Source: Anthoceros angustus
Taxonomy: Eukaryota > Plantae > Anthocerotophyta
Assembly: GCA_010909165.1 (NCBI GenBank)
Contig: MU008172.1
Location: 558,001-622,000, forward strand
Direction: 5' to 3'
DNA length: 64,000 bases
Made by a program: the position numbers and the translations under genes. The notes under the pieces were generated by a model. It saw nothing but the letters and a program-made list of their open reading frames with translations, searched no databases and was not told the origin of the DNA. Shown piece after piece: positions 48,613-60,849 of the stretch; position 1 is the first letter of the stretch, and every line of letters starts with the position of its first letter.

Positions 48613-49333
48613 AATAGCTTTGCTAAACTTTCTATGACAGTAGTGACGAACTCTTACCCTTGGTCACTCACTATCTCTAGGGGACAGCCAAATCTGGTTA
48701 GCACATGGTGGTAAAGAAAGTAGCTATGTGCTCACCAGACAAGGTAGGTAAGGCTTCTGCTTCTACTTCTACCCATTTAGTAGCATAATCAGTAGCGGTG
48801 ATGATGTAGCTATTTCCGTGGTGGGTTGGAGGGTTAATAGGACCTATGCAGTCAAGTCCCCACTTACAAAAGGGTCCAGTAGGAAAAATAGGATGTAGTG
48901 ACCCACCACTAAGACTGATCTTGGCAAACCTTTGATATTTTTCACACTGCTTACAGTAACTACGGATATCTCCCATCATATTAGTAATACCCGGTGAGGA
49001 TCTTCTTTCCGATGTACGCATCAAAATATCCACCACAAACGCTGTCATGTGCCTCAAATAGTATATGGAATACATATTACGCAGTCAGTACTGTCCGGAC
49101 CAATCCGGAAACGTTTTCCTTCTACCACAGTGTATGCCTTTGCCCATTGCCTAGTCTGCTTTTGCCTTTTTGTGCCTAGTCTCTGCTTTTGCCTTTTGTC
49201 AAAAATTTTGGTGACTTCCATTCTCAAAAATTCTCTTACTGCATGTCTGATCCCTAGTGTCCTCAATCTTCACTGTGAATATCTGCATCCGCATGGCGTC
49301 GTATTTCAACATCTGCCTATATGAAGCTGAAAC

Positions 49334-50230
49334 GACAAGCTTATGAGCTTTCCTGTTGTTCGCGGTGTTATTGGTGACCATGAAGCGGACAAGTGATTCG
49401 GCATCCTAAGCGTTCCTACACATCCCTCTTGATCCCCTCATCAACCTATCAACTTCTTCTTTCATAGTTTCAATATGACCGCATACGAGAACCCATGCTG
49501 CCCCACATGTGGCATAGTGCTTCAAAGAGTCCTGATAGTACCGCCTGCGCTGTTGCTTCACTTTTAGTTTCAACCATCATTGTCTTGCTGATGGAGCACA
49601 GCTGGTCCCCATTGGGCATCTTGACAATCACTCCGAGACCTGCGACCACACCCACCATTCTATCTACAACTAAGCAACTAATAAAAACCTTCCAAACTTT
49701 GGACTGCCTATCGTTCATCTGATCTTTGTATTCTTCCAGCTGTGCTGAAGCAACCCAAGATATAGCCATTACCTTCTGAAGAGCAGATGTTCCAAGATCA
49801 GGATTTGCTCTTGATTTCCCTGCATTCTCTTTAATTGCCAACTTGGCTAGACTATCAGCCAACATATTCTGATCCCTGGGAACATGGATTAGAGACACAC
49901 CACTGAATTTGGGAATCATCTCCACCACCTGTTCATGCAAGGGCTTCAAATTCTTGGCAAGTACTTCATAAATACCTAGTAGCTGCTTCACCATCAGCTG
50001 TGAATCACATAACGCATGCAGGTACCTTACACCCCTCATTAATGCCTCCCGTAGACCATATATAAGAGCAATATACTCGGCTTCATTATTTGTGGATAGA
50101 GGAATTGCCACGCTAATTTTGGTTGGTTCCTTCTTCTCGTCAGGTCCTAAGAGCACGAACCCAACACTAGCTTTTCCATGAGCCACAACTCCACAATTCA
50201 CTTTTATTAGTCACATCAGCTTTCATCCAA
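49334..50230 (-). pseudogene. Two tandem archaeal-type (additional) RNase H domains
   Basis: Domain 1 (about 50230-49840) keeps EAEY, CDS and LADSL; domain 2 (about 49700-49334) has WKVF..AGLGVIVKMPNG..TKSEATAQAVLSGLFEAL..NRKAHKLV. Confidence 0.75.
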
Positions 50231-50923
50231 AGAGTAGTAAGAGCAGGATCCCCTCCTCTTTGTTCAGCAGAGGTTGTTTCACCAACCACGCCTCCACCTG
50301 TCTTCTTCCTGACCCATGGCCGTGGTGCAAAATCAGCAATTCCTCCGTCAATATTTACCTTGATCAAGCATGTCCAGTTCTACAGTATCACTTTCATATC
50401 CGCAAAGCCTCGCTTCAATAGTTCTGAAACGAAGTGACTTTACTAATACTTCGAAGTCATACCCTGACAGGATATATATCCATTTTGCGAATCTCCCGGC
50501 AGGATTTGGTATCAACATCAAATACCTCATAGCTTGAGCTCTGACCAGAAAGGTGAACTTTCTCGTAATAAGGTAGTGACGGTATTTTGATATTGCTGCG
50601 ATCATTCCCGCTGCAACCTTCTCAATCACATTGTAGCGTGTTTCACACTTTGTCATGAGTCTTCCTGCAAAGTAAACTGGAAAATACAGTTTAGTTAGCT
50701 CATCCTGCTGAAACAAGTTATACTCTAGTGAGATACCTGTTACCTCTATGCTCACAAAGAGCTTAGAGCTCCAATCCGGCTTCTTCATCACCAAAGCAGA
50801 GGCCATCGTTTCCTTCAACTTGCCGTATGTAGAGAGAGCCACGTCATTCCGTTCTAGATCGACATTCTTCCATATCATCTTGTAAAGTGGAGCTGCCACC
50901 TCCGTGAATGTAGGAATCAGCAT

Positions 50924-51473
50924 CGTGTAACAAAGCTACCAAGAAGGATAAGTTTCCCTTGCCAATTGTAGATGAGATTTTGGATGAAGTTTCTGGCCAT
51001 GAGATGTATTTGTTTTGTGATGGCTTTCCAAATTTCACCAGGTGGCTATCGAGGAGGAAGATCAGCCTAAAACAACCTTTGTAACTCCCTGGGGTGTCTT
51101 TATGTACAAGGTCATATATGCCATTTGGACTTTGTAATGTACCCTCATGCTTTCAATGGGTGATGATGAGTGCTTTTGGGATCTACTGTTGGAAAGTTTC
51201 TAAGAGTCTTCCTTGACGACTTCGCTATGTATAGTAACAGGAAGGAGCATGCTGAACATTTGGAACAAGTGTTCATAAGGTTGACTTCTTCTAATATTGG
51301 TTTGAACCCACAGAAGTGCATCTTTGCTGTAACCAAGGGAGAGCTTCTTGGCTTCATGGTTGATAAAGAAGGGGTACATGCTGAGCTTGGAAAGCTAGAG
51401 AAGTTTCGGAAATGACCGCAACCCATTACTACCAAAGAGGTGAAGTCATTTGTACAAACAGCAAGCTATTTCG
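50924..51473 (+). other. Inverted RT core within the minus-strand family C pol
   Basis: Plus strand reads NKATKKDKFPLP..VFLDDF..SFVQTASYF; flanks read RMCVDF(R) and MLIPTFTEVAAPL on the minus strand. Confidence 0.88.
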
Positions 51474-53352
51474 CGGAAGTCTACGCACATCCGTACCTTG
51501 CCGTTTTTTTTCAAAAAGATGACTATCGGGGATACCCATTCCGGATATTTGACAGGTACAATACACCCTGCAGCTTGCAAGCGTTCTACCTCCTCCTTTA
51601 CCTCCTGCATGTGTTTGTGTGCAAGCCTCCTAAGTTTCTAAATTTTGGGCTTGGTATTTGTTGGAATATTGATTCTGAACTTGCAGATGTTTGTGGTGGG
51701 CATCTCCTTGTGACCAGTGATAAATAGATGCTCCTGCTTCGAGAAAAGCAATTTATACTTCCTTAGTTCCTCCCCTTTGATATCAGCGCCAATTCTTGCA
51801 GTCTTCTCTCCTCCGTCTGCAGTGGGAAACTTGAGCTCTCCGAGTTCAACTTCCTCAACATTGCTATGCGTTTTTGTGCAGACATCTCCATCCCGGCCTT
51901 GGCTTTTTCATTCTCCACAAGCAATTGTGGAGGCAGCCATTCGAAGAGATGTTGGTGGGATTTGGAGCATGGCTCATGTGTGTGACCAAATGTTCAACAC
52001 CATGTTGCGCAATTGGAAGAACAATCTTGCAAGATGCGCAAGACAATTTCTTGAGGGTAATCATCCACCTAAGTATAAGCCTCGTGATATCTCGGCTGAC
52101 CAGTGGGATCGCATTGTGTATAGCAGGATGCTCCAAACCAAACGCAAGCTTCAACCTATCCTGAGCCATACGTACAAAAAGAATATGAAGAGCCTCGGGC
52201 TCGCTGTTGAAGCTATCAGCCGAGAAGTCAACCTCAATATCTTCCTTGTCATCGGTGTAAACCGAAGCATCAGACATCGAGCTCAGAGTTGATAGGTTTC
52301 CAGCCGCAGCTCCTCCCATGCAGATATCCTCTGGCTGCCATGCTTTAATCTGCACCCTTCTTTCAGCCGGACCAATCTCGAGGATGCTAGAGTCCCAATG
52401 GTGGCTCCTATGTACCATCTCCAACCAAGGTTGGCCCAAAATCATATTATAGGCGGAACCAGGTACTTCAACGACCGTAAACCCAATTCTCACCTTGATC
52501 CCATGTACAACCACCTTCATGTTCTCTATTACCCCAAGGACGAGTAGTGGGGTGTTTGAGGCATCCCTGAAGACTTGTGGGCAAGCAATTCTTTTTGCGG
52601 AGGTAAGACTAAAAACGGTCAGCTATCTCACATTGATTAGATTGGTGGAGGCATCGCCATCTACCATAACATCTGCAGCTTCGACATCGTTTACATATGC
52701 CGTGACATCTGGCACAGCGTGTTTCCTCAGCAATCCCACTAGATAGGCGGATGATTCCGGGCGGCCAACAACTTTTAGTGCACCGACACTTTCCACTTTC
52801 ATCTTTCCCTTCGTCTTCTTAGGCTTCAGTTCCCTGGTACTCAAAGCGAAGGTCATTTCACGGCGAGCAGATGGCAACATCCCAAACAACTGGCGAAAGG
52901 TCATTTTTACTTCCCGATCTGCAATATCTTCCACCAGTGAATACCCGGGTGCGTCCTGTGAGACCCGCGGCAGGGTAGCACCTTCTTCCTTCTTTTCTTT
53001 GGCTTGTCAACCACAGATGCGTCATGCATTTCAAGTTCGGGACCAGCAAACGTCGTGTCATTCTTTGCTGCTTTCCCCCGTGGCTTGTCGTCCTCATCAG
53101 ATTTTGGCTTCGGAGGTGGATCGGCATCTAATGGGCCAAGTCCGGGAACGTGTGCGTGGCTGTGAAAACACCATGCACAGTTGCTGGAGGCAGCTCAATT
53201 GGTTCCTCTTCCACAACAACATTGAGAGTCGGATTTCCCCAGGCATCAGGCCTAGGAAACTGACCACAAGCTCTGCCGGCTCCACGTCCCCATCCGCCTC
53301 TTCCACTTGATGAAGCCTCAAGATTCTTTGGGCAGCGTGTGGCGCGACTTTC

Positions 53353-56300
53353 GCTGACGGCCAGCCGGGCGCGCACAATCCCGTGTCGTTGTAGTAAGGA
53401 GTCCGTTCCCAAGAGAATGATAAGCTCCGTTTGCAGCGTTTCGGCGATTCTCACCTTACTTTCGTCACTCAACTTTAACACATGCAATCGTCGTTTCGTC
53501 TAACTCATAACGTTCACGAGGCCGGTGTGGCCAAGCGTTTAAGACCCGTTTGCGTGGTATCGTTCCGCCGTCACTCGTTCCTTTAGTCCGTTCCTCTCAT
53601 CACTCTCACTCGCTCATCAACCTTGGAAAAGAGCATGCTTACTGCAGTCCGGACCTCCTCCGTTGCTCAGCCTCTCCGTCAAGGCTCTGCCGCCCTCCGG
53701 GTTCCTCCGGCTCACGTTCGGTCCACCCGCTCGTCTTGCTGCGGGCGAACGGGTCCCCGATCGCTCTTCCACTGCACACACCACACGTTAGGGTCGTCAC
53801 GGGACCTTGATCGATCTCTCGGGGCGTGCACCTTTCGATGACTCGGGACTCACGTTAGCATGAAGACACACAAGGGTGCAGAAAGCGGCATCAACACCAA
53901 GAGAAGATGATTTATTGAGCGACCTCGGCCCTCTTATACTACGCCCAAGTCGGCGTCTTTATTACACCTATTACAGTGGTGGCCAGCTCGATCATGTCGA
54001 CCGCCTACCATCCTATTCCTCCCTCCTATCTCCTTCGTCGGCGGTGGGCAGGAAGGTCACAGGTTCCGTCTCGGTATTGGTGGTCAATCTCCCGTCAGAT
54101 TGCTGCGGATGATCCGCGAGGGCCCCTTCCTCTTCCGGAATCACATCGGGTTGGGCTACCGTGATCGGCGACCCGTTACCACAACGTCTTCCCCAGCCCC
54201 GGTGGGTCCCCTCCGGTAGAATACCGTGGCTCCCCGGCGTAAGTCGGAGGGACTCCTCCTTGCTTCTGAGTCGGACCTCGGGGTCGGTCTCGACTCGTCG
54301 AACTTGAGTCGTTCAGTCAGTCTGCCGGTCGGTCTCATCTGGGGTTCGGACCTCGGGGTCCGAACTTATTCGGTCCGGTCCCCAAGCTCGGACCCCTTGT
54401 CTGCGGACCACCTCTTGCTAGGCCTCATCCCTACCCAGGCCCTTGTCTTGGGTGGGTTGGCTTCTCCTTCCGCCTTTGGGGCCCCCATCTCTATCCTCCC
54501 GGCGGGTTGCGGTGGACTTACCCCGAGGTCCGTTGTATTGGCGCGTCTGCTCCTCCTGAGGCTCTTCTCCCCATGCCGTCGTCTCCAAGCAGGCCACTAG
54601 GGTCCCGTCTTTGTCCCCATGTCCTTCATCCCATCCCCAGGCCTTAGTCCAGGTTTGTGGCGGGAGGCTTGCCTTAAGGAGCTCGGTGGTGGGCAAAATC
54701 CGAGTCAATTTCTTTGGATTGCCTCTTCCACATGTGCCCGAGCACCGATACTCCTTTCGCCATTGGTGCTCAGGCGTCTTGTCTTCTTTGGACCATCTCC
54801 CCCAGTTCGTGGGCCGGGCGAATCTCATGAGGCCACAAGGGCGCCTCGGTCACCTCACCACGCATTGTTGCTCACTTTGCTCCGGCTCCGTCGTTTCGCT
54901 CTGCTGACTTACACCGCCGCCGCGGCGCTCCTTCCGCCTTCCTGGACGGCGGCTTCTTTTGCGTCCGGTGCTCTCGCTCCCGTTCATCACGGCCTTTAGC
55001 TCGCCATCTCCTCTCAGCGGTGAGGCTCTGCCGTGCGTGCTTCGTCGAGTCCTTCTCCATTTCGGCGTCTGCTCCTTGTTCCATCGCCTTACCTCCTCCG
55101 TCCCGCCCAGGCTGGAGCCGCTCTATCTCGTTCGTGATCGTGATCACGCCTGCAGTGCCATTCCGCTCAATGGTAACTTGGGCTGCGACTCGAGTCTCTT
55201 CTTGCGGTCTTCCATCTCCTGCCGCTGTTGCTCCACCTCGCGCAACTGAGTCCGGAGATCCTCCATCTCCTTGTCGCGGGCTTCCTTCTCCTCGGCATGG
55301 CTGGCCCGCACCTGCTCCGCCGCCTCCTGCTCCGTCTTCAGGTTAGCCGCAGCTATCCCTGCCGTCTCCCTCCACCGGTTTCGATCACGCCGATAGTGAT
55401 CGCGGTCGGTCTTAGCAGCGGCTTCCGCCTCCCTCGCCGCCTTCACACCCGCCCGGACTTGGTGCTGGTCGGTAGCCGCCTCGGCCGGTCGCGAGCCTTC
55501 TCGCTTGCGCGGGCCTCCTCACCGCCTGCGCTACCCCTCTCCGCTGCGGAGGTCTTGACCAGCGCTTGGGCCTCACTGTGCCGGTGCTCTCGCTCCCGTT
55601 CATCACGGCCTTTAGCTCGCCATCTCCTCTCAGGTCGGGCAACTCTGCCCGGTGCTTCGCCGGTCCTTCTCCATTTCGGCGTCACGCTCCTTGTTCCATG
55701 CCGCCTTACCTCCTCCGTCGCCAGCTGGGCCGCTCTATCTCGTTCGTGATCGTGATCACGCCTGCAGTGCCATTCCGCTCAATGGTAACTTGGGCTGCGA
55801 CTCGAGTCTCCTGCGGTCTTCCATCTCCTGCATTGCTCCACCTCGCGCGGAGTGGAGATCCTCCATCTCCTTGTCGCGGGCTTCCTTCTCCTCGGCATGG
55901 TGGCCCTTTGCTCCGCCGCCTCACCTCCGTCTTGAGCGGCTATCCTGCCGTCTCCCTCCACCGGTTCGATCACGCCGATAGTGATCGCGGTCGATCTTAG
56001 CGGCTTCCGCCTCCTCGCCGCCTTCACACGGCTTTGACTTGGTCGGTCGGCCGGGCCGCCTCGGCCAGTCGCGAGCCTTCTCCTTCTCGGGCCTCCTCTG
56101 CCTCCTTCCGCTACCCCTCTCGCTGCGAGGTCTTGACCAGCTTGGGCCTCACTGCTTTGCTCACCCGGTGAAGAATTTAGTCCGTCTGTCGAATGGACGG
56201 ACTTCTCTTCGGCCTCCGTTTCCCTTCTTGATGCGGCCGAGCTTCCTTCCTCCTCGCCTCTGGGCCGCCTCCAATTGCTCACGGAGGGCACCATCGCCTC

Positions 56301-58625
56301 CTTGTGGCTTCCACTTCACAGGTCTTCTCGGCTGTCCATGAGACCCCAGGCATCTGCCAGTAGCAGGAACCCGTGTCTCTTCCACGGCCGCCATTGGTGA
56401 GGCCCCAAAAGTCCGTAGTGGGAGGCGGGCATCTCACGGTCCGCCAGGACCTCCATACCCCATGATCCGGGAGGCAAGTCGGGGGTTCTCCGGACCTAAT
56501 CGGGTCCCTTAGGTCTGATTGGGGGTCGGAGCTTCACCCTCCTTGGCCCTCTTGGCCAATTCCTTATTCGCCTCTTAGTCACAGGGCTCGGAGGGTGAGG
56601 GGGTTCGAGGCGGCCCCTTGCCTCTCCCGGTCGGCAGGCCCGGCTCAGTGGGGTTCTTGCGGTGACCTCCTGCTCCTTGGCGGCGTCCTTCGCCTTCTCA
56701 CGCCTCCTCTTGACCTCTTGCCACGTGGGCGGGGCAGCCTGAGCCGTCAGAGTCTTTGCGTTGGCGGGTGGCCGTCTTAGCCTCTTGATTGCCGGGAGTT
56801 CGTCGGGGCTCCTCTCTGCCGTTGTGGTGGTGGGCTGGGCGGGGCCGTCTCTGCTTGCCTGCTCGGCGGCACAAGAGGAGGAAGCGGGGATATCTTCCAC
56901 ACTTCCCTAGGTGGTGAGGGGTCCGTTCGCGTATGGAGTCAGGTGTCCTTCGATCGTCCTCCTCCGGACCCGTTTGGCCCTAGGGGTCGGGCCTCTACCT
57001 CAGGCGCCTTGCCCGCCGCCTCCTGCTCCTTGTTGGCCGCCACCCTTTCCGGGCGCCGCTCTACCTCCCCATCCTTGAGGTCGTAATGTCCCCATACATG
57101 GATCGGTATGGGGATAGTCGACAGTGGCTTCTCGCTCCTCGACTTGGGCCTCACAGGCTGAACGGCGAAGATGATCCTTCCCCAGTCTTGCCCCAGCCCG
57201 GCATGCGGGAACACCAATAATTATCACCAAGGTGATCCACCTTGGTGAGCAAGTTCCATGGACAATGATCCGGGCCGCCTCACCCTTACATCCGGCGGTC
57301 AGGCATCAACCGACCGTTGGTTGTTCTGCGTTAAGACTTCGGCATCGCCGCCCTTGCGCCTCTATCTTTCCCTCGCCTTGAGGGGTTGGACTCGCCCCAA
57401 TCTCTTGGCGGGTAAGCCGCCCTCGGGACCTCAAGGTCCACCTCAGGATCCTCCAGGATCCTCCGGAGGTTCTTGGATCGAACCTCCTTGTTGGCCGCTG
57501 CCAACATCTTCCGGGCGAACTCCCGGACTAGGGTGACATCACAAATGTCCGACGACTGGAACACGTCTAAGTGCCACTCTTCGACCAATCCTCCCGCCTC
57601 CTCCAGCCACGGCCCAAAGTCCGGATAGCGCCGGGTTACAATGTTGCGCTCTACCAGGTTCCATGGCTCCCATACCTCCATGACCTTCTTGGGTCCCGCC
57701 GCCTATCTTTCCCTCGCCTTGAGGGGTTCCGGACTACGCCCAATCTCCTCCTCCGGCGGTGTAAGCCACCTCGCCTCGGATCCTCCAAGGTCCACCTCAG
57801 GATCCTCCCGGAGGTTCTTGGATCGAACCTCCTTGTTGGCCGCTGCCAACATCTTCCGGGCGAACTCCCGGACTAGGGTGACACTGTCAAATGTCCAGAC
57901 AGCCTGGAACACGTCTAGGTGCCACTCTTCGACCAATCCTCCCGCCTCCTCCAGCCACGGCCCAAAGTCCGGATAGCGCCGGGTTACAATGTTGCGCTCT
58001 ACCAGGTTCCATGGCTCCCATACCTCCGCAGCCTTCTTGGGTCCCATCGCCTTCTTCTCCTCGGCTGTGGCGATTGTCGAGATCGGCGCGATCGCCCTCT
58101 TGGCTGCGTTGTTGCTCCAACGGTGAGCAGCGGGTGCTGGCGGAGATAGCGCCGGGCGGTTGCGGGCGCAGAGGCTGCGGTGTCTCGGTCGCGCGGAGAA
58201 AATGACCCTCCTCGTCGGCCGGGGGAGTAATGCTGGGCGGGAGGTGCCTCTTCCACTGTCGTGCGCGAGTGGCTTACTCGCCTTACGCGCCCGCGTACTG
58301 CGGCCTTCTGCTTGCGTCGCGCGTGAATACACACCGCCTGCGGCCCCTGGTATGGTCACCTGCTGCATGCCCGACCTCCACTCAGGGCCGTCCACGTGGC
58401 ACCGCTCAGTCTGACTTCACGACTCAACTTCTAAATTACTTTCCCTGGCGTACTTATCTGTTTTGACGGTGAGGTCGGACTTATCCGATACCGCGATCCG
58501 TAGCTCGTCGTAGTGGTATCGGGGTCCGTTACCACTCCGGTCAGGGTACACTCAGACGATCCAGGTCCGTCATTCTTATTCCTCCTTTTCCGCCTTATTT
58601 TACTCTTCGGTCCTACGAAAAAAAC
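53353..58625 (-). repeat. Putative ~5.3-kb 5' LTR of family C with ORF remnant (about 58050-54400) and internal duplications (54900-55500 vs 55560-56150; 57340-57690 vs 57700-58040)
   Basis: TATAAGAGG at 53930-53938; PBS-like aagtcgcgccac just after the end; ORF motifs shared with LTRs A and B. Confidence 0.6.
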
Positions 58626-58666
58626 AAAACCCAACTTATTTCGCACTTGCTTAATGTGTAGGAAAA

Positions 58667-58862
58667 CCTCAAGTTTGCACTCTATAAGGGTGTCCACAGC
58701 CCAAAATAGTAACTTCCTCAAGCTTGCATTATGTAAGGGTGTCCACATCCCTATATTATCAATTCCTCAAGTTTGCACTGTATATATCAGGGTGTTCACA
58801 CTCCTAATTAGTCACTTCTTAAAGTTGGGTTCTATCCACAGTGGCCCTAAATGATCACTTCT
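58667..58862 (+). promoter_or_regulatory. Paralogous ~49-bp promoter repeats of MADS copy 2
   Basis: Colinear with 23642-23835; TATA cores altered (ctctataag, ttatgtaag, tatatatcag). Confidence 0.65.
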
Positions 58863-58886
58863 TCTTATTCTTAGATGATCATAAAA

Positions 58887-58927
58887 TTAACTAAGAATAA
58901 GAATCATAGATTCTTATTCTTAGTTAA
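58887..58927. repeat. Perfect 19-bp inverted repeat with 3-nt loop
   Basis: TTAACTAAGAATAAGAATC-ATA-GATTCTTATTCTTAGTTAA. Confidence 0.95.
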
Positions 58928-59007
58928 TCATTTTGAAGAAACTCCGAAATTAGGTTGGATATTTTCAATATCGTAATATATATCTTTCTCTTTGAACAAC
59001 AAGGGCA

Positions 59008-60033
59008 ATGGGGAAAAGAAAAATAGATGCTACAAAACTGGTGGAAGACAGTTCTGCAAGAACTGTAGCATTTTCCAATGGAAAACAAGGCTTCCTTAAG
59101 AAAGCGGTGGAAGACATTACGCAAGAAGCTGTAGCATTTTCCAATGGAAAACAAGGCTTCCTTAAGAAAGCGGCTGAATTGTGTACTCAATGCAATTTGG
59201 AAATGGGTGTTATCATTTTTTCGGAACACAACAACCTGTATACATATGCTCACCCGGACATGGATTATGTTATTCAGAAGTATTATGAATCTGAAAATAA
59301 TATTGATAATAATTATGGCTGTGAGGTTGACCCAGAAAATGTAAAAGCGATGGAAGGGACGATGAATCAATTAAATTCGGAATACCAGGAAATAAAAAAT
59401 ATCCTAGTTATGAGCTAAAGAAACGTGAGTTTTATGAAGATATCAATAATTAACATTCGAGCATGAAGGATGGCGTGAATAATTTTTGCATAGCAAATAC
59501 GAAGTATTTATCAATCAACCAATTGAAAGAAGGGATTGTTGAAATGGATGAACTTATAAAGGAATTACAATCAAAACAAGTTGAGATAGAAGCTTGGGAC
59601 GTAGAAACATCAATGACAGATGCCACTACGCAGGAAAGTGCAACTCTTGCACAAAACGCACAAGCGTTCCCCTGCCAGGGAACATACAATCATGAAGCAC
59701 GTTGTGCGTTCCCCTGCCAAAAACATACAATTATGAAGCACATTGTGCGTTCCCCTGCCAAAAACATACAATTATGAAGCACATTGTGCGTTCCCCTGCC
59801 AAGGAACATCCAATTATGAAGCACGAAATGCACAGTCGATCCCCTTCCAAAGAGCATCCAATTGTGAAGCACAAAATGCACATCCGGTCCCCTTCCAAGG
59901 AACATCTAATTATGAAGCACAAAATTCACAGTCGGTCCCCCTCCAAGGAATTTACAATTATGAAGCATTAAATTCTCATAATGAGCCAAACAATACAAAG
60001 TTTAGCTACATGACTTATCTGGAAATGATTTAG
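59008..60033 (+). pseudogene. Paralogous type I MADS-box gene with a 66-bp duplication in the MADS box, a frameshift near 59400 (136-aa ORF 59008-59418) and an in-frame stop
   Basis: Colinear with 23949-24906; SKRK changed to SNGK; aatagacaacat became aataattaacat (stop in the ancestral frame). Confidence 0.85.
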
Positions 60034-60849
60034 CAAATTCAAGCTCATTACAAAATTACTCTAGTTCATATGAACTAGAAAACTTTTGAACTTTATTTTA
60101 ATATTTTAATATGTGATCTTCCGTTTATTAAAAAGCGGGGGTCTCCTCTTGTAAGAGCCCTACGGGGTATGAACCCTGTGGTGCTTATTTTGAAATATAA
60201 CCTTTTCATTCCCTTTAATTAGCTTAACCCCATACGACTCAACTCACTCAAATCCAGCTTTTCAACCCATTTTCTTTGACATTGTAGACATGTTTGTAGA
60301 TACTAATTCATGTTGAGGTATTCTTTTATGGAAAATTATGCCTCTATATTGTAACATGGACCATGTTCTAGCACCCAATGACAATTGCAAACGGATATGG
60401 ACCATGGTCCATGTTTATTGGTGCATCACAAAGGCATTTTTCTTATGTGGTTTATATTTTGAGAAAAGAGTTTTAGAAATGGTATTAATTAAAATATTTT
60501 ATTTTATTTTCTGAAAAAAGGGCACATAGTCTAAAAAAAGACTTTTCCAATCGACCAAAAAATGTGGGCCATCGTATAAGTACGTACGTAGTAATGGCAT
60601 CTGCTTCTGCAATGGTTTGTGAGTTTTGTAAAAAATTCCTTCACGTTTTAACTGGATATATATGTGCATGACAATGGGTGCATATTTCTACAAAGGCTTT
60701 TCCTATTAAATTTTCTTTTTTTATAGATATATATGTATTGATTAATCCAAGATTAAGAGGAACCGAGATGAATAAAAACATATGATACATTTTATTTTCA
60801 CCAGTCATTTATATTCTCTCTATTTGTCATACGAATTATTCAGAGTTCA

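Larger units (their letters stand above)
46315..58625 (-). mobile_element. Tat-like Ty3/gypsy element (family C): ~5.3-kb 5' LTR, short gag remnant, PR, RT, RH, two extra RNase H domains, INT; 3' LTR not seen
   Basis: PR DGDASTNL and MILGQPWL; RT RMCVDF/NKATKKDKFP/VFLDDF; RH FPVYFAGRLM; aRNH STNNEAEY..CDSQL..HVPRDQNMLADSLA; INT KWGLDCIGP..YIITATDYATKW. Confidence 0.85.
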
